Translations under genes and position numbers: made by a program
From: Eledone cirrhosa
Lineage: Eukaryota
Reading direction: 5' to 3'
Assembly: GCA_964016885.1 (NCBI GenBank)
Contig: OZ024742.1
Coordinates: forward strand, 56,730,001 to 56,794,000
Length of the DNA: 64,000 nucleotides
The notes under the pieces: generated by a model
Told to the model about the DNA's origin: nothing
Seen by the model: only the letters and a program-made list of their open reading frames with translations
Databases searched by the model: none
Shown: positions 52,005-64,000 of the stretch, in pieces
Position numbering within the stretch: position 1 is the first letter of the stretch
Layout: every line of letters begins with the position of its first letter

Positions 52005-55000
52005 CTTTGAGTCTCAGTCATTGATGTTAGTTAACTGGAAAGTTTGTTGAAATGAATATCAAGCCAGTACCTGCAGCCTCAGATATTCAGGACGTATCGG
52101 AGAGCTCTTGCTGTTCCCAGCAAGCATGTCTTTTGAAGGGTTCCAAAAAGCGGGGCGGGGCCAATTTTCTTTAACCATCCCTGGAAACTTTTTGAGATAG
52201 TACCTAGTGCGCCTATGACAATCGGGATCACTTTGACTTCATGGCAGTTCCAAATCCTTTTTACCTCCCACTTTAAGTACTGGTATCGGTTAATTTTCTC
52301 CCTCTCCTTCTCTTGCACTCTCGTGTCGAATGGGCAGGCCACATCCACAATCAGGCACGATCTTTTTTCCTTGTCCAAAACCACCAGGTCAGGTCTATTG
52401 TGTTCCAGTTTCTTGTCCGTCTGTATCCTAAAATCCCATAGCACCTTCACCTGATCATTTTCTATCACCGACTCTGGCTTATGCTCATACCACTTCTGAG
52501 AATGTGGTAAATTGTTTACTTTGCATAGGTGCCAGTGGATCACCCTGCCCATCACATCGTGTCTCCAACCTTTATAGTGAGTCTGGGCTAGGTGTTTACA
52601 CTCGGATACAATGTGAGCCACAGTCTCCTCTCTCTCTCCACAGATCCTGCACAGTGGGCTAGCCTCCTCCTTGTAAATATGGTGTTTCTGCCACTTCGTT
52701 TTGAGAGCCTGCTCTTGCGCAGCTATTAGCATTCCTTCTGTAGACTTTTTAAGGTCCCCTCTTCTCAACCAGTTCCATGTCTGTGGATCTCTGAATTCAG
52801 TTTTCTCAAATAAGGTACTATGAAGCGATTTTTCATGAAGGTTGCTCTTTCTACTCGTTGTTATTTCCTCCTTGGACATCCCCTGGTCTATTGTCCTCTC
52901 TTTCAGTACAATTCTGAGCATTCGCTCCTTACTATCGGTCACGTATTTGTGTAGGTTGTTTTTCTCCATCTGAACACAGTCCTCTATGCTTATAAGACCT
53001 CTTCCACCTTCAGATCTCCTTAAGTAGAGTCTATCGACATCACTCCTCTTGTGGAACATGTTGTAGATAGTCAATAGCTTCCTAGTATTCCTATCCATTT
53101 CTTTTTGTTCAGCAACATTCCATCTCAGACTTCCGGCACTCTACCTAATAATAGACACAACTCGGGAATTTACTGCACTTATGGCATTCCTACTGTTCAG
53201 ATGTGACTTTAATACGCTCCTTACTTTCCGAATGTATTCAGATCTTATCAATTCCTTCATTTTTTTGTTCTTGGTCATCAGCCTCCAGAATACCCAAATA
53301 CTTGTATCCTTCTCCAGTGTCAATTTCCTTTATCATCTCGCCTGTTGGTACCTGGATTCCGTTGCTTCTGCTCAATTTACTCCTCTTCATCACAAGGACT
53401 CCACACTTACTAATACCAAATTGCATACATATATCATTGCTGAAAATACGGACAGTGTCAACAAGCACATCCAACTCCTTCTCACTCTTCCCGAAGAGCT
53501 TAAGATCGTCCATGAATAGGAGGGGATTGATGGTAAGCTCTCCCTTTCCCAACTTGTATCCTGCTCTCACTTTTCGCAGTATAATGGTCTGGGGCATCAG
53601 GGAAAGGACAAACAACAGAGGGGACAGACTATCTCCCTGGAAGATACCCCTCTTGATCTTCACGCCTCCCAAGGATTCTCCAGTTGATGTTAACTCTGTT
53701 TTCCAGGACTTCATACTTTTGCTCAACAACTGTCTGATGTTATCTGCCACCTTGAAGATCTCTAGGCTTTTGGTGATCCAAGAATGAGGCACCATGTCAA
53801 ATGCCTTTTGGTAGTCTATCCATCCTATGGCAAGACCAGTGTGTCTCCTCTTGCAATTCCTCATTACCATATTATCAATAAGTAACTGGTCCTTTGTACC
53901 ACGGAACTTCTTTCGGCATCCTTTCTGTTCGTCCGGTAACAAGTTGTTTGTGTGGAGGTGATGGTAGATTTCCTCAGACACAATGCTTGTCAACAGTGTC
54001 CACATTACGGACAGACATGTAATAGGTCTATAGTTGGTAACATCATTACCCTTGATTCGGTCTTTCATTACCAGAACTGTGGTACCTTTTGTCAACCACT
54101 CTGGTACTTCACCTGACATCAAGCAGTCATTGAACATGGTTGTCAGTTTCGGGTGGAGGGATGTTTCATTTTTAATCCAATAACCCTGAATACTATCTGA
54201 GCCTGGTGATTTATAGTTGGTTAGTTTTTTGGCCTGCCCCTTGAGAGTTTCTTAACTGTGATACTCAAATCAGTTTGTTGGGGTGCCTGTTCACTAATCT
54301 TCTTTTGTACTGTTTCAATCCACACTGCCTGGTCATTATGTTTAACATCCTGCTCCCATATTCCTCTCCAGATTGTCTTAGTTTGTTCCGCCTCAGGGAT
54401 CAAGTCGTTGCCTCTTTCTTTCCCTTCAAGCTGTCCAAACAACATCTTCTGGTTGTTGTCAAACATGCGGTTCTGTCTATACTGACTGACTCTGCTCTGA
54501 TACCGCCTAATCTTTTCAATTTTTGCTACAATGCGTTGCTTCAGTTCCCCTATGATAATATTCAGCTTTTCCTCCCTAGTTTTGTACTTTATTTCCAATC
54601 TATTTTTAGTGTCTGTGTTTTGTAATGTCCCATTCAGTAGGGACTCAAGCTTTCCAATGTCATTTCTCATTTCCCTGAGTTGACCATTCAGTCGTTTCTT
54701 CCACCAAGGTTCTGATCTTTCTTGTTTGTTGTTTCCTCTCGCTTTTATGCCAAGTAATTTCCTCACCGCATTTGCTGTTGCTTTGAGGATATTGTTGCAC
54801 TGGTGAAGGCTCCTCGCCTCAAGGTATGGGATGACTTTGTTTACCTTAGCTGTTGTTTCTTTTAATTTTTTCCTGTCTACAAATCTTAGGTTCATAGGTT
54901 TCCCACTATCATTGTTCATTTCATCTACCACTAAGTTTAGGATTTCAACCAAATCTTGTCCTAGCCCGTCAGCATTCATCTCCTCAATGGCCGTATCTTT

Positions 55001-56291
55001 GTTCCAGGCATTATTTGTTTCAGCATTCAGATCATTGTCTGCTTCGGATGGTTCCTCCGTTCTCTCAATCTCTTCACCTTCATTTCCCACTGGCTCATTT
55101 GACTGGCATACTCCACTCTTCATTTCCAACCTAATCTCTCTGCTCAGTTCCTCCAGTTCCAGCTCGCTTATCCACCCATTAGTTCTTATTACCCGAGCCT
55201 GCCCGGCCAATTTTTGTTCATCTAATTTAAATAGACCAATCTCGTTCCTGATGTTATGCATCCGTTTCCTATAGCCCTTTTCCTTGGAGTTACTCTTCAG
55301 GTAACATTGCATAACAGTTCTATTCAATTTTTTCGTCCAGTTGGTTCTGATCACTTTCCTTCTTCTTCCTCCGACACCAGCAGTATTTCGTTGACAGCCA
55401 GGTCCCTGCTGCTGAGCCAGGGAGCACCTGCTGGGTGAGAGTCTGTCACATGACATTCCAGTCTCCACTTCACCGTTATTCGAACTGTTTAGGTTCGACA
55501 TTGAAACACTCTTATCGAGGATTGGTGAATATATGGTTACATAACCACCGGTGATTTTAGCGTGGCACTATCACGCTGTAGACGAACATAAATAAACAAA
55601 CAAATAGGTAAAAACCCCAATAAATAAGCATAAGTTTCATTGTAATGTAATGTTTGAATATCTGACTTAGTTTTTTTTGCTTGTCTGTCTGTTTGTTTTT
55701 CTTTTCTTTTTTCTTTTCTTTACGTTTTTCGTTGCTGCTGTGCTGTTTTGATTTTGATTTTTGATTTTTTGATTTTTTTGACCGGGTCATAAAATCAGTC
55801 TATTTATATCTTTTGATGCCTTCCTCATTTAGTGGGAGTACTATGATGCCTGTCTTAGCAGGAGGTATTTGGAGAAAATAGCGGCGGTAGCGATAATGAG
55901 ACAGTGGTGGTGGTGATGTGATAGTAGTACTGTAGTGATGGTGTTGAAGTTGCAGTAGAAATAGAAGTTTAGATAACTTGACTAGAGTTTTTGGCGTGGT
56001 AGTGGTGATGGTGGCGGTGGTGATGTTGGTGGTAAAATTATTTGCCTGTCTGTCCACTTAGCCATTTTCTCTTTTTCGACTATAACATTTCTAATCCGAA
56101 ATTAAATATTAAATATTGGGGCCCTATGACGTAACGTGATGCGTTGTTGCCTGCTGAGAGTCAAAACTGTAATCTTATATTTCATTTGTAATAAGAATTA
56201 TTCTAACACAGTTGTTTTAAATAAGTAAAAATCAAAAACTTACGGGAGCGATTCCATAAGGATATATATCCACCATGTGAGTTTTCTTCAC

Positions 56292-56292
<1 letters not shown>
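52005..56292 (-). mobile_element. Full-length R4/Dong element, frameshifted
   Basis: ORF pieces at 55501-54221, 54137-53238 and 53098-52079 are colinear with the 1130-aa ORF. (TAA)n lies on both sides. Confidence 0.95.
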
Positions 56293-56347
<55 letters not shown>

Positions 56348-56360
56348 TATTGTTATTGTT

Positions 56361-57826
56361 CTTTGAGTCTCAGTCATTGATGTTAGTTAACTGGAAACTT
56401 TGTTGAAATGAATATCAAGCCACTACCTGCAGCCTCAGATATTCAGGACGTATCGGAGAGCTCTTGCTGTTCCCAGTAAGCATGTCTTTTGAAGTGTTCC
56501 AAAAAGCGTGAAGAGGCCAATTTTCTTTAACCATCCCTGGAAACTTTTTGAGATAGTACCTAGTGCGCCTATGACAATCGGGACCACTTTGACTTCATGG
56601 CAGTTCCAAATCCTTTTTACCTCCCACTTTAAGTACTGGCATCGGTTAATTTTCTCCCTCTCCTTCTCTTGCACTCTCGTGTCGAATGGGCAGGCCACAT
56701 CCACAATCAGGCACGATCTTTTTTCCTTGTCCAAAACCACCAGGTCATGTCTATTGTGTTCCAGTTTCTTGTCCGTCTGTATCCTAAAATCCCATAGCAC
56801 CTTCACCTGATCATTTTCTATCACCGACTCTGGCTTATGCTCATACCACTTCTGAGAATGTGGTAAATTGTTTACTTTGCATAGGTGCCAGTGGATCACC
56901 CTGCCCATCACATCATGTCTCCAACCTTTATAGTGAGTCTGGGCTAGGTGTTTACACTCGGATACAATGTGAGCCACAGTCTCCTCTCTCTCTCCACAGA
57001 TCCTGCACAGTAGGCTAGCCTCTTCCTTGTAAATATGGTGTTTCAACCACTTCGTTTTGAGAGCCTGCTCCTGCGCAGCCATTAACATTCCTTCTGTAGC
57101 CTTTTTTAAGGTCTCCTCTTTATTATTATTATTATTATTATTATTGTTGTTATTCCTTGAATCTCAGTCATTGATGTTGGTTACCTGGAAAGTCCGTTGG
57201 ATTGAATATCAAGCCACTACCTGCAGCCTCAGATATTCAGGACGTATCGGAGGGTTCTTGCTGTTCCAAGCAAGCATGCCTTTTGAAGCGTTCCAAAAAG
57301 CGTGAAGGGGCCGATTTTCTTTAACCATCCCTGGAAACTTTTGGAGATAGTCCCCAGTGCGCCTATGACAATCGGGATCACTTTGACTTCATGGCAGTTC
57401 CAAATCCTTTTCACCTCCCACTTTAGGTCCTGGTATCGGTTAATTTTCTCCCTCTCCTTCTCTTGCACTCTCGTTTATTATTATTATTATTATTGTTATT
57501 GTTATTCCTTGAATCTCAGTCATTGATGTTGGTTACCTGGAAAGTCCGTTGGATTGAATATCAAGCCACTACCTGCAGCCTCAGATATTCAGGACGTATC
57601 GGAGGGTTCTTGCTGTTCCAAGCAAGCATGCCTTTTGAAGCGTTCCAAAAAGCGTGAAGGGGCCGATTTTCTTTAACCATCCCTGGAAACTTTTGGAGAT
57701 AGTCCCCAGTGCGCCTATGACAATCGGGATCACTTTGACTTCATGGCAGTTCCAAATCCTTTTCACCTCCCACTTTAGGTCCTGGTATCGGTTAATTTTC
57801 TCCCTCTCCTTCTCTTGCACTCTCGT
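56361..57826 (-). mobile_element. Three 5'-truncated R4/Dong copies (56361-57119, 57155-57474, 57507-57826)
   Basis: Each has the RLE C-terminus, the 3' UTR and a TAA tail. Confidence 0.95.
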
Positions 57827-57858
57827 TTATTATTATTATTATTATTGTTATTGTTATT

Positions 57859-60800
57859 CCTTGAATCTCAGTCATTGATGTTGGTTAACTGGAAAGTCCG
57901 TTGGATTGAATATCAAGCCACTACCTGCAGCCTCAGATATTCAGGACGTATCGGAGGGTTCTTGCCGTTCCAAGCAAGCATGCCTTTTGAAGCGTTCCAA
58001 AAAGCGTGAAGGGGCCGATTTTCTTTAACCATCCCTGGAAACCTTTGGAGATAGTCCCCAGTGCGCCTATGACAATCGGGATCACTTTGACTTCATGGCA
58101 GTTCCAAATCCTTTTCACCTCCCACTTTAGGTCCTGGTATCGGTTAGTTTTCTCCCTCTCCTTCTCTTGCACTCTCGTGTCGAACGGGCAGGCCACATCC
58201 ACAATCAGGCACGATCTTTTTTCTTTGTCCACAACCACCAGGTCAGGTCTATTGTGTTCCAGTTTTTTGTCCGTCTGTATCCTAAAATCCCACAGCACCT
58301 TCACCTGACTGTTCTCCATCACCGCCTCTGGCCTATGCTCATACCATTTCTCAGAATGTGGTAGATTGATTACTTTGCACAGGTGCCAGTGGATCACCCT
58401 GCCCATCACATCGTGTCTCCAGCCCTTATAGTGGGTCTGGGCTAGGTGTTTACACTCGGACACAATGTGAGCCACAGTCTCCTCTCTCTCTCCACAGATC
58501 CTGCACAGTGGGCTAGCCTCCTCCTTGTAGATATGGTGCTTCAACCACTTCGTTTTGAGGGCCTGCTCCTGCGCAGCCATTAGCATTCCTTCTGTAGCCT
58601 TTTTGAGGTCTCCTCTTCTCAACCAGTTCCATGTCTGTGGATCTCTAAATTCAGTTTTCTCAAAGAAGGTACTATGAAGGGATTTTCCCTTAAGGCTGCT
58701 CTTCCTCCTTGATGTTATTTCCTCCTTGGGTATCCCCTGGCCTACTGTCCCCTCCTTCAGTACAGCTTTGAGCATTGGCTCCTTACTATAGGTCACGTAT
58801 TTGTATAGGTTGTTTTTCTCCATCTGAACACAGTCCTCTATGCTGATAAGACCTCTTCCACCCTCAGATCTCCTTAGGTAGAGTCTATCGACATCACTCC
58901 TCTTGTGGAACATGTTGTAGATAGTCAATAGCTTCCTAGTCTTCCTATCCATTTCTTTTTGTTCAGCAACATTCCATCTCAGAATTCCCGCACTGTACCT
59001 AATAATAGACACAGCTCGGGAATTTACTGCGCTTATGGCATTTCTGCTGTTCAGATGTGACTTCAATACGCTCCTTACTCTCCGAATGTATTCAGTTCTT
59101 AACAATTCCTTCATTTTTTTGTTCTTTATGCCATCAGCCTCCAGAACGCCCAAATACTTGTATCCTTCCTCAGAGTCAATTTCCTTTATCATCTCACCTG
59201 TTGGTATCTGGATCCCGTTACTTCTGCTCAACCTACCCCTCCTCATCACAATGACTCCACATTTACCAATACCAAACTGCATACATATATCACTGCTGAA
59301 AATACGGACAGTGTCAACAAGCACATCCAACTCCTTCTCACTTTTCCCGAAGAGCTTAAGATCGTCCATGAAGAGGAGGTGATTGATGGTAAGCTCTCCC
59401 CTTCCCAACTTGTATCCTGCTCTCACTTTTCGCAGCATAATGGTCAAGGGCATCAGGGCAAGGACAAACAACAGAGGGGACAGGCTATCTCCCTGGAAGA
59501 TACCTCTCTTGATCTTCACGCTTCCCAAGGATACTCCAGTTGATGTCAACTCTGTCTCCCAGGACCCCATACTCCTGCCCAGCAACTGTCTGATGTTATC
59601 TGCCACCCTGCAGATCTCCAGGCTTTTGGTGATCCAGGAATGAGGCACCATGTCAAATGCCTTTCTGTAGTCTATCCATCCCATGGCAAGATCAGTGTGT
59701 CTCCTCCTGCAATTCCCCATTACCATCTTATCAATAAGCAACTGGTCCTTTGTACCACGTGACTTCTTTCGGCATCCTTTCTGTTCGTCCGGTAACAAGT
59801 TGTTTGTGTGGAGGTGATGGTAGATTTCCTCAGACACAATGCTCGTCAACAGTTTCCACATTACGGGCAGACATGTGATAGGTCTATAGTTGGTAACATC
59901 ATTACCCTTGATTCGGTCTTTCATTATCAGAACTGTGGTACCTTTTGTCAACCACTCTGGCACCTCACCCGACACCAAGCAGTCATTGAACATGGCCGTC
60001 AGCTTCGGGTGGAGGGATGTTAAATGTTTAATCCAATACCCCTGCACACCATCTGGGCCTGGTGATTTCCAGTTGGTTAGTTTTTTGGCTTGCCCCTTAA
60101 GAGTTTCAACTGTGATACTCAAATCAGTCTGTTGCTGTGCCTGCTCACCGATCTCCCTCTGTACTGTCTCAATCCACCCTGCCTGGGCATTGTGTCTAAC
60201 ATCCTGCTCCCATATTCCTCTCCAGAATGTTTTAGCTTGTTCCGCCCCAGGGATCAAGTCGGTGCCTCTTTCTTTCCCCTCAAGCTGTCCAAACAGCATC
60301 TTCTGGTTGTTGTCGAACATGCGGTTCTGTTTATACTGACTGACTCTGTTCTCGTATCGCCTGATTTTGGCACTCTTTGCTACAATGCGTTGCTTCAATT
60401 CCTCTATGATAATATTTAGCTTTTTACTCCTAGTTTTGTATTTTATTTCCAGTCTATTTTTAGTGCCTATATTTTTTAGTGTCCCATTCAGTAGTGACTC
60501 AAGCTTTCCTATGTCATTTCTCATTTCCCCGATTTGCCCACTCAGTCGCTTCTTCCACCACGGCTCTGCTCTTTCTTGTCTGTTGTTTCCTCTCGCTTTT
60601 ATACCAAGTAGTTTCCTCACCGTATTTGCTGTTGCTTTGAGGATATTGTTGCACTGGTGAAGACTCCTCGCCTCAAGGTATGGGATGACTTTGTTTACCT
60701 TAGCTGTTGTTTCTTTTAACTTTTTCCTGTCTACAAATCTTAGGTTCATAGGTCTCCCACTATCATTGTTCAACTCATCTACCACTAAATTTAGGATGTC

Positions 60801-62376
60801 AACCGAATCTTGTCCTAGCCCGTCAGCATTCATCTCCTCAGTGGCCGTATCTCTGTTCCAGGTATTATTTATCTCAGTATTCAGATCATTGTCTGCTTCG
60901 GGTGGTTCCTCCGCTCTCAGGACCTCCTCACCTTCATTTCCCGCCGGCTCGCTTGTCTGGCATACTACACCCGCCATCTCCAAGCCATTCTCTCTGCTCA
61001 GTTCCTCCAGTTCCAGCTCGCTTATCCACCCATTAGTTCTTATTACCCGAGCCTGCCCGGCCAATTTTTGTTCATCTAATTTAAATAAACCAATCTCGTT
61101 CCAGATGTTATGCATCCGTCTCCTGTAGCCCCTCTCCTTGGGGTTACTTTTCAGGTAGCATTGCATAACAGTTCTATTCAATTCTTTCGTCCAGTTGGTT
61201 CTGGCCCCTTTCCTTCTTCTTCTTCCTCCAACATCAGCAGTATTTCGTTGACAGTCAGGTTCCTGCTGCTGAGCCAGGGGGCACCTGTTGGGTGAGAGTC
61301 TGTCACATGACGTTCTAGTCTCCATTTCACCGTTATTCGAACTGTTTATGTTCGATATTTAAACACTCTTATCGAGGATTGGCGAATGTATGTTTACATA
61401 GCCATCTGTGGATCCGCCATCCCACTTGGCCCTTGTGTGGCATTATCACCACGCTGTATACGGACACACATAAACAAACAAACACACGGGCAGAAAGGGC
61501 CCCAAAAATGAATAAGCATAAGTTTCATTGTAATGTAGTATTCGAATGTCTGACTTAGTTTTTGTTTTTTAAGTTTTACTTTTTCCCCCCTCTTCTCTGT
61601 CCGTCCGCCTGCTTCTCTCTTCATTCTTATTTTCTTTACGTTTTTGGGGTTTCTTTTTTTGTTTTTGTTTTTCTCTGTTTTTCTCGTTTTTTACTGTTGT
61701 TGCTGTGCTGCTTTTGTTGTTTGTTTTTTCTTTTTTCTTTTGAGTCTATCTATATATTTTGATGCCTTCCTCTTTGTTAGTAGTAGGAATTCTATAATGT
61801 GGAAGTGGTAGCCAGCAGAGACTAGCGGCGTTGGCGATACTGAGACAGTGGTGGCGGTGATGTCGATACCGAGGCAGTGGTGGCGGTGATGCGACCGTAT
61901 TACTGTAGTGATGGTGCTGTAGCGGTGGCAGCAGCAGTGAAGGAGTCAAGGGGTGGTGGCGGCGGTGATGGGATAGTGGTGGTAATGATGGCCGTAGTGA
62001 GCGGTGGCGGTGAAGGTGAAAATGCTGTTGTGTTTAGTGTACACAGATGATGGGGTGGGCGGTGTATCTAGTTTCTGGTGTTGGTGAGTTTAGCTGTCCT
62101 ATATAGTGTAGCCAGAGGAGAGGAGGGGGGGTTCTTCTTCTTCCATTTATAGCCATTTTTTTTTGGATATACAGTGTACAATACAAAGTTGAATATTTGA
62201 ATATTTGAGCCTTATAACAATATATTTTGGGTCCGAATTTTTTGGGGCTCAAGCCGGGTGCTTTACGTAGCATTTGTACTAAGAGTTGTTATTTCACAAA
62301 TGATTTAAATATGTTAAAAATTCAAAACTTACGGGAGCGATTTCATGACCTCCGTCACCTCGTGCGTCTTCTTCCC
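57859..62376 (-). mobile_element. Full-length, apparently intact R4/Dong element
   Basis: ~1.05-kb leader, single ORF, ~75-nt 3' UTR, (TAA)n flanks. Confidence 0.95.
57933..61325 (-). CDS. R4/Dong RT plus CCHC and restriction-like endonuclease, 1130 aa
   Basis: WT.ELN...MQCY, WKSPGPDG, NYRPITCL, EQKGC, WIDYRKAFD, GIFQGDSLSPLLF, LFMDDLK, YKYLG, CRICG...ETVAHIVSEC, RHD and RPDLVV..IVDVACP..EK..RY motifs. Confidence 0.97.
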   Translation of the reverse strand: METRTSCDRLSPNRCPLAQQQEPDCQRNTADVGGRRRRKGARTNWTKELNRTVMQCYLKSNPKERGYRRRMHNIWNEIGLFKLDEQKLAGQARVIRTNGWISELELEELSRENGLEMAGVVCQTSEPAGNEGEEVLRAEEPPEADNDLNTEINNTWNRDTATEEMNADGLGQDSVDILNLVVDELNNDSGRPMNLRFVDRKKLKETTAKVNKVIPYLEARSLHQCNNILKATANTVRKLLGIKARGNNRQERAEPWWKKRLSGQIGEMRNDIGKLESLLNGTLKNIGTKNRLEIKYKTRSKKLNIIIEELKQRIVAKSAKIRRYENRVSQYKQNRMFDNNQKMLFGQLEGKERGTDLIPGAEQAKTFWRGIWEQDVRHNAQAGWIETVQREIGEQAQQQTDLSITVETLKGQAKKLTNWKSPGPDGVQGYWIKHLTSLHPKLTAMFNDCLVSGEVPEWLTKGTTVLIMKDRIKGNDVTNYRPITCLPVMWKLLTSIVSEEIYHHLHTNNLLPDEQKGCRKKSRGTKDQLLIDKMVMGNCRRRHTDLAMGWIDYRKAFDMVPHSWITKSLEICRVADNIRQLLGRSMGSWETELTSTGVSLGSVKIKRGIFQGDSLSPLLFVLALMPLTIMLRKVRAGYKLGRGELTINHLLFMDDLKLFGKSEKELDVLVDTVRIFSSDICMQFGIGKCGVIVMRRGRLSRSNGIQIPTGEMIKEIDSEEGYKYLGVLEADGIKNKKMKELLRTEYIRRVRSVLKSHLNSRNAISAVNSRAVSIIRYSAGILRWNVAEQKEMDRKTRKLLTIYNMFHKRSDVDRLYLRRSEGGRGLISIEDCVQMEKNNLYKYVTYSKEPMLKAVLKEGTVGQGIPKEEITSRRKSSLKGKSLHSTFFEKTEFRDPQTWNWLRRGDLKKATEGMLMAAQEQALKTKWLKHHIYKEEASPLCRICGEREETVAHIVSECKHLAQTHYKGWRHDVMGRVIHWHLCKVINLPHSEKWYEHRPEAVMENSQVKVLWDFRIQTDKKLEHNRPDLVVVDKEKRSCLIVDVACPFDTRVQEKEREKTNRYQDLKWEVKRIWNCHEVKVIPIVIGALGTISKGFQGWLKKIGPFTLFGTLQKACLLGTARTLRYVLNI

Positions 62377-62444
<68 letters not shown>

Positions 62445-64000
62445 GGCGACCTACGTAGTAAATCGTATCATCGTGAGCTCCGCAAAGGTTTGTTATTTTC
62501 AGTTATTTAAAATTGCCATTTATGGAAAAATTTTATTGTTCACTGTATATAAGTGCACATATATTGATTTCTGAAAATGACACTCAAAAATATTGGGGCC
62601 TTGAGCCCAAATTTTAAACTTTTTATAATTATACAACAAAAAATTTTTCTATGAAAAATAATGGATGACTCAGATTCACTCCTTCCTCACAATCCAACAC
62701 CTCACACCGACACCACCATTGTAAATATTGCTACGTTTGCCAACACTGGAATTGAAAGCAGTAGCAATATTTTAAATTTGTCTCAGGGAGACGTTCATTT
62801 CCCGCCATTACCAATGACTGCAGGTGTTAAAGCCGCCACCAGCACCACCACCGCGACAACCATCACCCCACCACCACCACAGCAACAACAGAAACAAAAG
62901 AAAAAAATAAATTAACTCGTGATATTGAAATGAATTCAACCAAAATGAACTCTTCCACACCGAAGACCACTGACGCCACTACCACCACAACTGAAACTAA
63001 AATTAACAATAGCAAAAATAACGATAATAACAACAGCAACAATGAAATTAAGAAAACTACCCTGAGTTTTGCAAGAGTAGCAAAAACGTGCGAAGCGATC
63101 CAGGTAACTCAGGAAGAATTAGACGAAGCCAAAGGAATGGTAAAGAAAGATGGGTACAGTGTCAGCCCCCCCCACCCCCCCACCTAATAAAATGGAGCAA
63201 CGTCGCCTATGCACCGTGTCTTATCGGACAATAAACATAAAATCGCGCCGAGTGGAACGGGCATCTGAGTCCCAAATCCAAAAAGCTTTGGGACATGTGT
63301 GGGCAAAAAAACCCCACATCAGACGTGGGCAGAAGTATGGAACCGTGGACGTGTTCTTTGAAACACCACAGGAGGCCAGAGAACACTCCATGGCCCCATT
63401 AAGAAGTGACGACTTCACACTCATCCCAAGCTATTGTGGCCAGAGACTTGTGAAGATCAGGGTGACCCACGTTCCACCGGCCATCGAAATTCCCTGGCTA
63501 TTGGCTGCCGTCCTCGCCGGCATCGAGGCCAACACCAAAATAATAGTAATAGCAAAAGAAAAGCAGGAGAACTGGTCCGGATCTGGGATGGAGCTCCTGA
63601 TCCAAGCGGACCATAAAAGCGTTGAGGAGATCCCAGAGGTAATAGACCTCACTGACGGCAGCCACCTCACCGTAATCGTCGAGGGCAGAAGACCTAGGTG
63701 TGTCGTTTGTGGTGAAGGAACCCACCTAAAGGCTTTCTGCTCTCAGGCTAAAAGGTTGAGGCCACTCTCTTACCCACCCCAGTGACTCAACCATCAACAC
63801 CACCAGCAGCAGAAATAGCACCAACAACTGTAGCAGCAACAACAGAAGCAACTGTAACAGCAACAACCCCAGCAACAGTAGCAAAACCAACACCACCACC
63901 ACCCAACGCCCCAGAACTAGCACCAGCGCCTACACCATCCACCACGCCACAACCAAAACTAACGCCTGTGGAGGATTTTCCACTCCCCGGCTTATCGCAA
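62445..64000 (+). mobile_element. 5' end and disrupted ORF1 of a Tx1/L1-like LINE, running off the window
   Basis: T/P-rich N-terminus, SFARV, RRM-like middle and VIVEGRRPRCVVCGEGTHLKAFC zinc knuckle. Frame breaks lie at homopolymers. It starts right after (TTA)n. Confidence 0.7.

Noticed and set aside
62250-62376. HDV-like ribozyme at the R4 5' end
   Set aside because: I could not build the nested double pseudoknot by eye in either copy. A descriptor search is needed.

Overview
AT-rich animal genomic DNA made almost entirely of microsatellites and mobile elements. The repeat content suggests a cephalopod such as Octopus, but that is inference. No host protein-coding exon is supportable, and there is a 200-N gap at 19080-19279. 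Main content: (1) an internally deleted mariner; (2) a Ty3/Gypsy provirus inserted in (TA)n; (3) RTE, CRE and Tx1/L1-like LINE pieces; (4) two non-autonomous Helitrons and a pogo-type MITE; (5) many tRNA-derived SINEs and a U6 snRNA copy; (6) two arrays of R4/Dong-clade RLE retrotransposons, one stacked in (TAA)n (51.2-62.4 kb, including an intact 1130-aa ORF) and one in (CATA)n (37-39.6 kb). The least obvious signal is about 20 type I hammerhead-ribozyme motifs from about 9 sequence families, roughly half with intact cores. They sit in Penelope-like (PLE) terminal-repeat or retrozyme-like fragments between (TA)n runs, often as fold-back pairs or 1.x tandem units, and include core variants (U3-A8, U.U closure of helix II). 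One fold-back has captured 98 bp of the neighbouring gag gene. The R4/Dong leader resembles the leader of the adjacent Tx1-like element and carries conserved splice-like signals. All alignments and folds were done by eye.
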